Of a DNA stretch of 64,000 nucleotides, positions 18,595 through 27,653 are shown piece after piece. Each line of letters begins with the position of its first letter. Position 1 is the stretch's first letter. Origin of the DNA: an uncultured Acidobacteriaceae bacterium (GTDB lineage Bacteria; Acidobacteriota; Terriglobia; Terriglobales; Acidobacteriaceae). The stretch spans positions 980 to 64,979 of the forward strand of contig CAWCWB010000017.1 of assembly GCA_963799155.1 (NCBI GenBank). Direction: 5' to 3'. Under the pieces are notes generated by a model. That model did not search any database, was not told the origin of the DNA, and was given only the letters and a program-made list of their open reading frames with translations. Made by a program: the position numbers and the translations under genes.

Positions 18595-20362
18595 TCAGTA
18601 CCGTCTCGGCCGCGGCTTGATGAACTGCGTATCCACTTCCTCAAACTCGAATTTCGGTCCTTCCACGCTGCCCGTGAAGCTCGCTTTCGTCGTTTTCAGG
18701 AAGCGTTCATCGTTGCGATCCGGAAAGTCGGGCTTGTAGTGGGCGCCGCGCGACTCATCGCGCAGAATCGCGCCCAGCGTAACGGTCCGCGAAATCTCCA
18801 GCATGTTCTTGAGTTGCCGCGCAAAGGCAAAGCTGGTGTTGGCCCACTGGCTCTTGTCGCTCAGGTTCACGCGCTTGTAGCGCTCGAGCAACTCAACGAT
18901 CTTGCCGTCGGCTTCTTTCAGATCTTTGTTGTAGCGGATCACCGTTGCGTGCTCGGTCATGGTCTCGCCAAGCTCGCGCCACAACTTGAATGGATTCTCA
19001 CCGCCTTCGTTCTGAATGAGCTTGCCGTTGATCTCCGTCTGCCGCGTCACTTCCGCCGCCGCACCGCCATCGCCTTCCACTGCCGGCACGCTCTTCGCAT
19101 ACGCCAGCGCGTTCGGCCCCGCGCGGAAGCCGCCGAAGATGCAACTGACCAGCGAGTTCGCGCCCAGCCGGTTCGCGCCGTGATATTGATACTCACATTC
19201 GCCGGCAGCAAAGATGCCGGGAATATTGGTCATCTGGTTGAAGTCCACCCAGAGTCCGCCCATCGTGTAGTGCATGCCCGGGAAGATCTTCATCGGTTCC
19301 AGGCACGGATCGACGCCCACGAACTTTTCGTAGATCTCCAGAATCCCGCCGAGCTTGTAGTGCAGCGTCTCGCGGTCGATGTGCGTCAGATCGAGATAAA
19401 CCATCGGCTGGCCGTCGAGCCCAAGGCCCATCTCGTACACCACTTTGTGAATGGCGCGCGTCGCTACGTCGCGCGGTACAAGGTTGCCGTACTTGGGATA
19501 CCACTCCTCGAGGAAATAGAACCGCTCCGCCTCCGGAATCGCCTTCACCGCGCGCTTGTCGCCCGGCGTCCGCGGAACCCACACGCGCCCGCCCTCGCCA
19601 CGCGCCGACTCCGACATTAGCCGCAGCTTGTCCTCGCCGGGAATGCACGTGGGATGCACCTGGATGAACTCGCCGTTGGCGTAGTACGCGCCCTGCTGGA
19701 AGATGGCCGACTGCGCCGACCCCGTGCAGACCACGGAGTTGGTGCTCTTGCCGAAGATGGCGCCGATACCGCCAGTAGCGAGGATGATCGCGTCCGCCGT
19801 GAACGCCTTCAGCCTCCATGGAGCGCAGATCGAGGGCTACGATGCCGCGTGCCGTGCCCTTCGCGTCGATCACGGCGGAAAGGAACTCCCATCCCTCGTA
19901 CTTGTGCACCTTACCCTCTGATTCGTAACGGCGCACCTGCTCATCGAGCGCGTAGAGCAACTGCTGGCCCGTTGTGGCCCCGGCAAACGCGGTGCGGTGG
20001 TAGAGCGTGCCTCCGAAGCGGCGAAAGTCGAGCAGCCCCTCGGGTGTACGGTTGAAAGGGACGCCCATCCGGTCGAGCAGATCGATGATCCCCGGCGCCG
20101 CCTCGCACATGGCCTTCACGGGCGTCTGGTTGGCAAGGAAGTCGCCGCCGTAGATCGTGTCGTCGAAGTGCTGTGCGGTCGTGTCGCCCTCACCCTTCAG
20201 GTTCTTGGCGGCGTTGATGCCGCCCTGGGCGCAGACCGAGTGCGACCGCTTGACCGGCACGATAGAAAACAGATCGACAGTCCCTCCGGCCTCGGCGATC
20301 TTGATGACCGCCGCAAGCCCGGCCAGCCCTCCGCCAACCACGATGATTCTGGGTGCTGCCAT
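18595..20362 (-). pseudogene. sdhA: Succinate dehydrogenase flavoprotein subunit with a single frameshift near 19813 (real or assembly artefact)
   Basis: The N-terminal frame reads MAAPRIIVVGGGLAGLAA..HSVCAQGGINAA..ARGIVALDLRSME. The C-terminal frame reads KAFTADAIILATGGIGAIFGKSTNSVVCTGSAQ..HPTCIPGEDKLRLMSESARGEGGRVW... One extra nt near gagGctg joins them. Confidence 0.85.
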
Positions 20363-20458
20363 TGTCGATCGAATCCTTTCCAAAAGGGCCACTCTGCGTT
20401 TCCGGGCTCTCGCCGTTCGCGACCGGTCAGGTAGTACGCCTCAGCATCAGAAGGCCGG

Positions 20459-21223
20459 TCAGACAGAACCGCCTGAATCGATTGGCGCTGCCAAGTAAGT
20501 GAGCGGCACGTTTTCCGGAGCGTTCTGGAACTTTGGTCCGGTAAACGCCCAGATGCTGGCGATTCCCATCGCCGCCAGCAATACGCCCAGCGCAGCGCAG
20601 ATGTAGCCAAACCGCCGGCGCGCCGTCTCGCCCGGCGTAATGCCCCACTTGGCGGCGAAGAGCCACACGCCATAGGCGAAGTGCCAACATACGGCGATCA
20701 TGGCGATCACGTAGACAGCGAGCATCCAGGGGTTTGCCAGCTCCATTTGCACCTTGTGAAAGGCGGCGCCGGGATTCTCGGGCAGGCTGATACCCATGAA
20801 GCGCTGCCTCAGTACATGCTGAATGATGTACGCAAAGGCGATGAGGCCCGTGTAGCGCTGCACCAGGTATAGCCAGTTCCCCGCCCACGGGTAATACACG
20901 ATGTTCGCCCTGCCGCGCAGCCAGATATAGACGCCATAGATGCCGTGGTACAGGATGGGCAGGAAGATGAAAACCCATTCCAGGACGCGCACCAGGGGCA
21001 GGCTGTTGAGGAGCTTGACTTGCTCACCGTACGCGATCGGGCCCTTCAACGCCTCGAAATTCGAAAGCAGGTGCTCAAGGAGAAAAGCTCCGATGGGAAC
21101 GATGCCGAGCAGAGAGTGCAGCTTATGCCAGAGAAAACTGGTGCCTTGCCCTGCGCGTAAGGGCTCGACGCCGCGGCGGACAAGATGCGCAGAGCGGGGC
21201 GCGGCGGGTTGAACGGTTGCCAT
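20459..21223 (-). CDS. sdhC: Succinate dehydrogenase cytochrome b558 membrane subunit (5-TM, Bacillus-type)
   Basis: 254-aa polytopic ORF directly upstream of sdhA, with conserved His-containing helices (LHSLLGIVPIGAFLLEHLL, ILYHGIYG, CWHFAYG). Confidence 0.8.
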   Translation of the reverse strand: MATVQPAAPRSAHLVRRGVEPLRAGQGTSFLWHKLHSLLGIVPIGAFLLEHLLSNFEALKGPIAYGEQVKLLNSLPLVRVLEWVFIFLPILYHGIYGVYIWLRGRANIVYYPWAGNWLYLVQRYTGLIAFAYIIQHVLRQRFMGISLPENPGAAFHKVQMELANPWMLAVYVIAMIAVCWHFAYGVWLFAAKWGITPGETARRRFGYICAALGVLLAAMGIASIWAFTGPKFQNAPENVPLTYLAAPIDSGGSV

Positions 21224-21640
21224 GGAGAATTTGGCTCCTAGGGTCTGATCATGCTACTCGGGTGGATGGCGCTGCTTGCGAAAATTGTGCCAGACGAGGC
21301 CGAGCCCGAAGGCTGTGGCGTCCCACTGCAAAGGGCGAGAACGAAGTATGGCGCAATTCTCGCCGCAGCCCAAAGGGCCCGGGCCGGTTTTCCCCATTTC
21401 GTTGTCGCTCGTCGCTCCAGTAATTCACTTTAGCTCGCTCCTCGCTTCTAGAACTGGGCGAAACCGGCTCCGGTCGCCACCATCCCAGTAGCATGTTCAG
21501 ACCCCCGTTGCGGGCCGAAGCAGTCTTAAATTGAGGGACGAAAGCTCGCGCTCTGGTTCTCACGCATTATTCGAGGCCGATGCTACGGTCGTCAAGGCGG
21601 CGTTCCACGCTTTGGCGTTTTTGAGAAGAGCAGCGGCTGG

Positions 21641-22263
21641 TCAGGGCAAGGGTTTTGGCAGTAGCGCCGCGAACGCCCGTCCGCGATGGCTCAAGCTGAG
21701 CTTCGTTTCGAGATCGATTTCGGCCATGGTCTTTCCCAACTCGGGCAGGTAAAACAGCGGATCGTAGCCGAAGCCGCCGGTTCCGCGCGGGGCGTCCAGA
21801 ATCATCCCTTCCACCGTTCCATCGGCGACCTGAACCACCTCTCCGTCGCGCGCGGCAACGAGTGTGCAATGGTAGCGGGCCGTCCGCAGCGCCGCCGGAA
21901 ACGCCTCCAGCTTCTGCAGCAGCAACATATTGTTCCATACGTCGGTGTTATCGTTGGCCTCGGGGGAGTCCACGAGGCCCGTATCCGCCGCGAATCGGGC
22001 CGAGCGCACCCGGGTGCTCCGCCGAGCGCATCCACTTCGAGGCCGGAATCATCGGCGACCACCAGCTCCCCGGGAGCGAAACGCGAATAGTAAACAGCCT
22101 TTGTCGCCGCATTCTCGAGGAACGTGTCGCCATCCTCTTTCGGGGCGGCGATCTTCTCGATGTCGGGAAGCGGTTCGATTTCGACCGCGTACGCCTGCGC
22201 GGCCGTGCGAAAGTCGCGCAGCTTGCCCGCGCTGGTTGTTGCGGCGTAAAGGCGGAGAGCCAT
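21641..22263 (-). pseudogene. rdgB: dITP/XTP pyrophosphatase (RdgB/HAM1 family) with one frameshift at a G/C run near 22010
   Basis: The N-terminal frame reads MALRLYAATTSAGKLRDF..ADDSGLEVDALGGAPG. The C-terminal frame reads VRSARFA..YHCTLVAARDGE..PRGTGGFGYDPLFYLPELGKTMAEI..KLSLSHRG. The junction cccgggtgcgc would read through if it carried one more G. Confidence 0.8.
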
Positions 22264-22324
22264 AGAGAGAGTGTAAGACGGTGCGCCGATGGTTCGGTGG
22301 TGGGTCACTTTGGTTGTGCTTTGA

Positions 22325-22415
22325 GAGGGCACGACTGGTAGGTCGGGGATTCATCCCCGACTGCCGCAAATCGCGCCAAATGAATCGGGGGTTTAGCCCC
22401 CGAGGGAGAGCTTCC
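22325..22415 (-). repeat. Dispersed two-hairpin repeat element (R2/R3), reverse orientation
   Basis: gagggcacgac..gtcgggg..gccgcaaatcgcgccaaatgaatcgggggtttagcccccgaggg. It is near-identical in its right half to 23745-23800. Confidence 0.7.
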
Positions 22416-22537
22416 CAAAAACTGACCGACCACCGATGGCTTCGTTCGCTGTACAAAGCGCGCATAGAGCCGATAGGCTTTGAGTTTGCTTGCGGGCTTT
22501 GCGCGGGCACTGCTCGGAGCAAATAGAGGGAGTAAGA

Positions 22538-23578
22538 ATGCCGACAGCGATCCTGGCAGGAATCGGATGGCACATTATCGGAGCGGCCTGCGCTGCTTCG
22601 TTCTATGCGCCTATCGAAAAGGTGAGAGAGTGGTCGTGGGAGACGACCTGGGCCGTAGCCGGATTCTTCTCCTGGATTCTGTTGCCGATCGGCGTGAGCT
22701 ATCTTCTGCTGCCGAGCTTCCACGGCTTCTACGCTTCGCTCGATGCTGGCCTCATGTTGAAAGTTGCGCTCTTTGGCGCCATGTGGGGAGTGGGCAATGT
22801 CAGTTACGGGCTTACGATGCGCCACCTCGGCATGTCCCTCGGCATCGGCGTCGCCATTGGCGTCACTCTCATTGTCGGCACGCTCGTGCCGCCCCTGATG
22901 CATGGCCAGGGCGCGATGCTGTTCGCCACGCGCAGTGGCCTGCTTACGATGGCAGGCATTTTGGTTGCACTGATCGGAGTGGCAGTGGTGTCGTATGCCG
23001 GCCATCAGAAAGAAGTGCAGCTGGGCGCCGAGGTACAGGAATTCAATGTGAAGCTCGGGCTTGCGCTCGCCGTGATGTGTGGAATCTTTTCGTCGGGCAT
23101 GTCATTCGCCATCGATGCAGCCAAGCCCATCGCGGCTGCGGCGCAACACGTGGGCGTCAACTCGCTCTATGCGGCGTTGCCCAGTTATGTGCTGATCATG
23201 GGTGGCGGCGCGGTCATCAACATGAGCTACTGCTTCGTCCGCCTCGCCCTCAAGCGCGATCTCTCGCTCCGCGCCGACCTCGCGCAGCCACCTGCGACAT
23301 TGGCCAGGAACGGTTGCTTGGCCGCCGCCGGCGGCATCATGTGGTATCTCCAGTTCTTCTTCTACGCCTGGGGCCAAGCCAACATCCCCAAGCGACTCGA
23401 TTACGTCAACTGGATGCTGCACATGAGCATCTACGTGCTGTGTGGCGGGCTCGTGGGTTTGGCGCTGCGCGAGTGGGCGGGAGTGCAAAGCAGACCCAAA
23501 CGCCTGCTGTGGGCCGGAATCCTCGTGATCATCGCCGCGGCAAATCTTGTGGGTCTGGGAATCGCGTCGAAATCCTGA
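22538..23578 (+). CDS. rhaT: L-rhamnose/proton symporter
   Basis: From MPTAILAGIGWHIIGAACAASFYAPIEKVREWSWETTW the protein is collinear with E. coli RhaT as recalled. Shared motifs include GAMWGVGNVSYGLTMRHLGMSLGIGVAIG, ALPSYVLIMGGGAVIN and MWYLQFFFYAWG. Confidence 0.85.
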   Translation: MPTAILAGIGWHIIGAACAASFYAPIEKVREWSWETTWAVAGFFSWILLPIGVSYLLLPSFHGFYASLDAGLMLKVALFGAMWGVGNVSYGLTMRHLGMSLGIGVAIGVTLIVGTLVPPLMHGQGAMLFATRSGLLTMAGILVALIGVAVVSYAGHQKEVQLGAEVQEFNVKLGLALAVMCGIFSSGMSFAIDAAKPIAAAAQHVGVNSLYAALPSYVLIMGGGAVINMSYCFVRLALKRDLSLRADLAQPPATLARNGCLAAAGGIMWYLQFFFYAWGQANIPKRLDYVNWMLHMSIYVLCGGLVGLALREWAGVQSRPKRLLWAGILVIIAAANLVGLGIASKS

Positions 23579-23649
23579 TCGCTGAAATGCCCGTTCGTAT
23601 TTTCTTGCTTGTTTCGCCAGACGCCCTAGAACTTGTTGCACAAATCCGG

Positions 23650-23805
23650 TTTTGAAAGGGCACGGCTTCAGCGCTTGCCGAAGAACCCATCGACCCGGGA
23701 GTCTTGTATCAGGGCACGACCGGGGAACCCACCCTGTGGGTGGGTCGCGTGCCGTAAATCGCGCCAAATGAATCTGGGCTTTAGCCCCTGAGGGAAACTC
23801 TTTCA
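23650..23805 (-). repeat. Dispersed hairpin repeat elements (R2/R3), reverse orientation
   Basis: gaaagggcacggcttcagcg.., cttgtatcagggcacgac..gtcgcgtgccgtaaatcgcgccaaatgaatctgggctttagcccctgaggg. Confidence 0.7.
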
Positions 23806-23962
23806 CAGCCCCAAGTTATTTATGCAATCAGTTCTAGGCCATCGCGGATTCGCCAACTCTGTCGCTGTTCTCGTGAAAGCGCCTTGTCAAGGTTGAGTGC
23901 TGCCTTTAGACTGACGCAAACATTCGTTCTCTCCGGTTCGGAATTCCTCTGGCGCTCAAACC

Positions 23963-24754
23963 ATGGATTGGCCCTCGATTCGGCACCGAATGCGCGGCTC
24001 TCTCAACGCCTTGGCGTCTGGTGGGCGCTGCATTGGCGGCAAATTGCACCTCGCCCTGCCCTGCGTCGTTGCTGCGCTTTGCCTTGCCGCGCCGTTGCTC
24101 GCAGTGGCCCAGGATGGCTCACCTCCGGTGGAGATGAACGACACTCCGGCGTTCGAGAATGCGAAACTACCGTCACCTAAGCGACCGGTGGCGAGTGAAA
24201 TCACTTTGGAAGGAATGGTTTCTTACGGCAACTACAAGATCTTTGCTTCCGGTGAGAATTGCAAGATGTACGACGTGGGCATCGAGTACGACCGGCACTC
24301 CTGGGGCCGTTTTCTTGGGGCGCGTGTTGATTATGTAGCTGAAGTCTTGCCCATGATTCTGCTCAATCAGCCGACGCAGATGAACATTTGGGGCTCTACC
24401 CTCAGCCAGAGCCGAAAAACGGTCCCAGGAATCGACATCGCTCCGATGGGCTTTCGCTGGCTGTGGCGCGACGGGAAGACGATCAAGCCATACCTGATGG
24501 CAAAAGGCGGCTTCCTTGTCTTTACGCAGAAGGCGCTTTCGTCAAATGCAACCTACGAGAACTTCAGCCTGCAATCTGCGGGGGGCTTGCAGGTCAAGAT
24601 CAATGAAAGGTTCGACCTGCGCTTGGGTTTGTTCGGCGATTTCCATTTTTCCGACGGCTTCATTGTGCCGGCCAACCCCGGCCTCGATGTGATGAACGCG
24701 ACGATGGGGCTGACCTATCATCTCGGCGGCAATCGGCAAACCGCAGCGCATTGA
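23963..24754 (+). CDS. Outer-membrane acyloxyacyl hydrolase / lipid A deacylase (PagL-like) beta-barrel
   Basis: Has a signal-like region LALPCVVAALCLAAPLLAVAQ and alternating beta-strand pattern. The C-terminal FHFSDGFIVPANPGLD resembles the PagL-family H-x-S-N-G..NPG catalytic segment. Start codon uncertain. Confidence 0.5.
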   Translation: MDWPSIRHRMRGSLNALASGGRCIGGKLHLALPCVVAALCLAAPLLAVAQDGSPPVEMNDTPAFENAKLPSPKRPVASEITLEGMVSYGNYKIFASGENCKMYDVGIEYDRHSWGRFLGARVDYVAEVLPMILLNQPTQMNIWGSTLSQSRKTVPGIDIAPMGFRWLWRDGKTIKPYLMAKGGFLVFTQKALSSNATYENFSLQSAGGLQVKINERFDLRLGLFGDFHFSDGFIVPANPGLDVMNATMGLTYHLGGNRQTAAH

Positions 24755-24765
24755 CCGCGTCCGCG

Positions 24766-25410
24766 TCAGGGCAGAGGCAGCTCCGCATCCAACCCTGATT
24801 CCGCTAGGTCGCGGCGCAGTTTTTCCACGGTTGAGAAGACCAGCCCCCTCATTCCCATCGCAACCGCAGGTTCGACATTGGCCGGCCTGTCATCGAGGAA
24901 GAGTGTCTCCTGGGGGCGAGTGCCGAGTTTTTCGAGGGCGTAGCGATAAATTGCCGGATCGGGCTTGGCCACGCGAAGTTGATAGCTCCAGACAAGCACA
25001 TCGAATCGCGAGAGCCAATCAAATTCGCGCTCCATAAGTTCGAGCACACCATCGCCCATGTTGGAGACGATGGCTGTGAGCAGGCCGCGATGCTTGAGCT
25101 CCGCTTGCCACGCAAGCATGGCGGGGTTTTCGGTGGTCCACATGCGGGCATCCCAGAGATTCAACTCTTTGATCGCGGATGCAGGCAGGTCGAGCCCGGC
25201 ATCGCGCACGAGCTTCCGCCAGAAGCCGAGGCCGGTCAGCTTGCCCTCGTCATAAGCTTGACGATTGGCCCAATACAAGCTGTCGAAGCGATCCGCCGCA
25301 AGGCCAGTGATGCCGAGCAGTGCGGCACGGGCCACGGGGTCCGGGGGACCCGTCAAGACCCTGCCATAATCGAAGATCACCGCGCGCAGAGCCAACATCA
25401 CCTCGCCCAT
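24766..25410 (-). CDS. HAD-superfamily hydrolase (subfamily IA-like)
   Basis: Reads MGEVMLALRAVIFDYGRVLTG (motif I variant), IVSNMGD (motif II region) and FLDDRPANVEPA (motif IV region). The long N-terminal extension in the ORF track is unlikely to be translated. Confidence 0.7.
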   Translation of the reverse strand: MGEVMLALRAVIFDYGRVLTGPPDPVARAALLGITGLAADRFDSLYWANRQAYDEGKLTGLGFWRKLVRDAGLDLPASAIKELNLWDARMWTTENPAMLAWQAELKHRGLLTAIVSNMGDGVLELMEREFDWLSRFDVLVWSYQLRVAKPDPAIYRYALEKLGTRPQETLFLDDRPANVEPAVAMGMRGLVFSTVEKLRRDLAESGLDAELPLP

Positions 25411-25516
25411 GTATCCCCTTGGTTCCCCATGTATCGTTGCAAGAGGCGCTTCTTTCATTGTGCACGACGGGCGGTTAAGGCCTGATCGGCCGTGACGAGC
25501 TGCGCGGAAAAAGCGG

Positions 25517-26701
25517 ATGCGCTTTTCGCAAAGGACGGACTGGAACACGGAGGAGAGCGAGCTGGCGCACGCGCACCGGCTGCGCCTCGAGGCCGGTCTG
25601 CCGGTTGCCGATCTTACGGCGTCAAATCCCACGCGCTGCGGCTTCGCTCATCCCGCCTCCCTGCTCGCCGCGCTCACCGACCCGCGCGGCCTCGACTACG
25701 ATCCGCAGCCCAGGGGCCTTTCCGTTGCGCGCCAGGCTGTCTGCGATTACTACGCAGCCCACAGCGTGGCTCTCGACCCGGATCAAATGGTCCTGACCAC
25801 CAGTACCAGCGAAGCCTACAGCTTCCTTTTCCGGCTGATGTGCGATGCGGGAGACGAGATCCTCATTCCACAGCCAAGTTATCCGCTCTTTGACTTCCTG
25901 GCCGCTCTTGACGATGTGCGCCTGAAAGCCGCGCCCCTGGTTTATGAGAACGGCTGGCAAATCGATCCCGCCGGGATTCGCCGCGCCCTCACGCCCCATA
26001 CGCGGGCCATCGTGGTGGTTCACCCCAACAATCCAACGGGCCACTTTACCAAGCCCTGGGAGGCAGCGGAGTTCGCCCGCCTGTGCCGCGAATTCCACCT
26101 TTCGCTCGTTGTCGACGAGGTCTTTCTCGACTACGGTCTGGGCGCGGAGGGAGCCAGTTTTGCCTCGGGCCTTGAAGCGGTTCCGGTCTTCGTGGTGAGC
26201 GGGCTCAGCAAGATCGCCGGGCTTCCGCAGATGAAGGCGGCATGGATTGTGGTGACCGGTCCGGAGCGGGAGCGGACGCTCGCGCGCCTCGAAGTCATTG
26301 CCGACACGTTCCTCTCCATGAACGCTCCTGTCCAGTGGGCGCTTCCGGCGTGGCTCGCGGGCCGTGCGGCAATCCAGAACCAGATTCGGAATCGTCTCGC
26401 CGCGAATCTGGCCGTGCTGGATCGAAAGCTTGCCGCGCTCCCCGCCGTGCAGCGGCTCGCGCTCGAAGGCGGATGGTACGCGGTGCTGCGAATCCCGGCG
26501 CTCGCGCCGGACGAGCGGACGGTTTTGGCGCTGCTGGAGCGCGGAGTCTGGCTTCATCCGGGCTACTTTTTCGGCATGGCAGAGTCGGGCTGGTTGGTGG
26601 TGAGCCTGCTTGCTGCGGAGTCAGAATTCAGTAACGGAGTAGATATCCTGATTAACTACTTGGGAACGAATCACGGGCGTAACAGGTCGGGCCGGCAATA
26701 A
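25517..26701 (+). CDS. Pyridoxal-phosphate-dependent aminotransferase, class I/II
   Basis: 394 aa with VVHPNNPTGH, VVDEVFLDY and the SGLSKIAGLPQMK PLP-lysine segment. Confidence 0.8.
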   Translation: MRFSQRTDWNTEESELAHAHRLRLEAGLPVADLTASNPTRCGFAHPASLLAALTDPRGLDYDPQPRGLSVARQAVCDYYAAHSVALDPDQMVLTTSTSEAYSFLFRLMCDAGDEILIPQPSYPLFDFLAALDDVRLKAAPLVYENGWQIDPAGIRRALTPHTRAIVVVHPNNPTGHFTKPWEAAEFARLCREFHLSLVVDEVFLDYGLGAEGASFASGLEAVPVFVVSGLSKIAGLPQMKAAWIVVTGPERERTLARLEVIADTFLSMNAPVQWALPAWLAGRAAIQNQIRNRLAANLAVLDRKLAALPAVQRLALEGGWYAVLRIPALAPDERTVLALLERGVWLHPGYFFGMAESGWLVVSLLAAESEFSNGVDILINYLGTNHGRNRSGRQ

Positions 26702-26753
26702 GAACTATCTCTTGAACGAATTCATATATCTATATGGTTATAAAGGTCTTAAT

Positions 26754-27401
26754 TTAGCGGCTATTTGGCTGCCGCGTTTGCAGAAAAGGATTGAAGCGGC
26801 GTTCTTCGGCGATGGTTGTTGCGGGGCCGTGGCCGGGTAAAACCTTGGTTTCATCGGGCAGAGTGAGCAGCCGGGAGTGCAGCGAATCGATGATCTGATC
26901 GAAGTTGCCGCCGGGCAAATCGGTGCGGCCGATGCTGCCGGCAAAGAGCGTGTCGCCGGCAATCAGCAGCTTCAGCGGAGCAAAGTGCAGGCAGACCGAT
27001 CCCTGCGTGTGGCCCGGCGTGTGGAGCACCTGCGCCGGATAGCTCTCCAGGCCGACAACCTGGCCGTCGGCGAGCGACTCGTCGGGCGGAGCGGTTTCGG
27101 GCGTGCTCATGCCGAGCCAAGCCGCCTGCGCCGCCATCATCTTGAGCAGCGGCAGGTCGTTTTCGTTCAGGTAAATGGGCGCGCCGGTGAGCCGCTTGAG
27201 CTTCAGCGCTCCGCCGACATGATCGATGTGGGCGTGCGTCACGATGATCTGCTTGAGCTTGAGGCCCAGCTCAGTGAGGCGATTGGCGATGCGACTGACC
27301 TCGTCGCCGGGATCGATCACGATGGCCTCGCGGGTTTCCTCGTCGCCCAGGATGGTGCAGTTGCAGGCCAGCGGACCGACGGGAAACGACTCGAGGATCA
27401 T
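26754..27401 (-). CDS. MBL-fold metallo-hydrolase (glyoxalase II-like)
   Basis: 215 aa with the THAHIDHVGG (HxHxDH) motif and later HTPGHTQGS. Confidence 0.85.
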   Translation of the reverse strand: MILESFPVGPLACNCTILGDEETREAIVIDPGDEVSRIANRLTELGLKLKQIIVTHAHIDHVGGALKLKRLTGAPIYLNENDLPLLKMMAAQAAWLGMSTPETAPPDESLADGQVVGLESYPAQVLHTPGHTQGSVCLHFAPLKLLIAGDTLFAGSIGRTDLPGGNFDQIIDSLHSRLLTLPDETKVLPGHGPATTIAEERRFNPFLQTRQPNSR

Positions 27402-27424
27402 GGAACGATTGTAGGTCGAAAGGC

Positions 27425-27520
27425 AGTGGTTAGCGGTTAGTGGTTAGTGGTTAGTGGTTAGAAAAGCAGCGAACAGTGGTTAGTGGTTGGTGGTTAGCCG
27501 GGAGCCAGTAGCCAGTAGCC
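27425..27520. repeat. Tandem 7-nt repeats (GGTTAGT/GGTTAGC, then CCAGTAG)
   Basis: cagtggttagcggttagtggttagtggttagtggttag ... cagtggttagtggttggtggttagccgggagccagtagccagtagccg. Confidence 0.85.
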
Positions 27521-27653
27521 GTGGGAGCGCGAAAGACCGGCCGTCAGCTTTCAGCTTGCTGGCCGGTGAGCGGGGCTGTTTATCTTCTAGGGCAATAAAT
27601 ACCTTGACTAACCCATCGACTTGTGGCACACTTGGGTTAGTGAAGGTATCGCC

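Noticed and set aside
21230-21640. ORFs 21249-21563 (minus) and 21217-21491 (plus), or a possible ncRNA, in the sdhC-rdgB intergenic region
   Set aside because: No coding signal, motif or recognisable RNA structure was found. This is probably just the sdh promoter/leader region.
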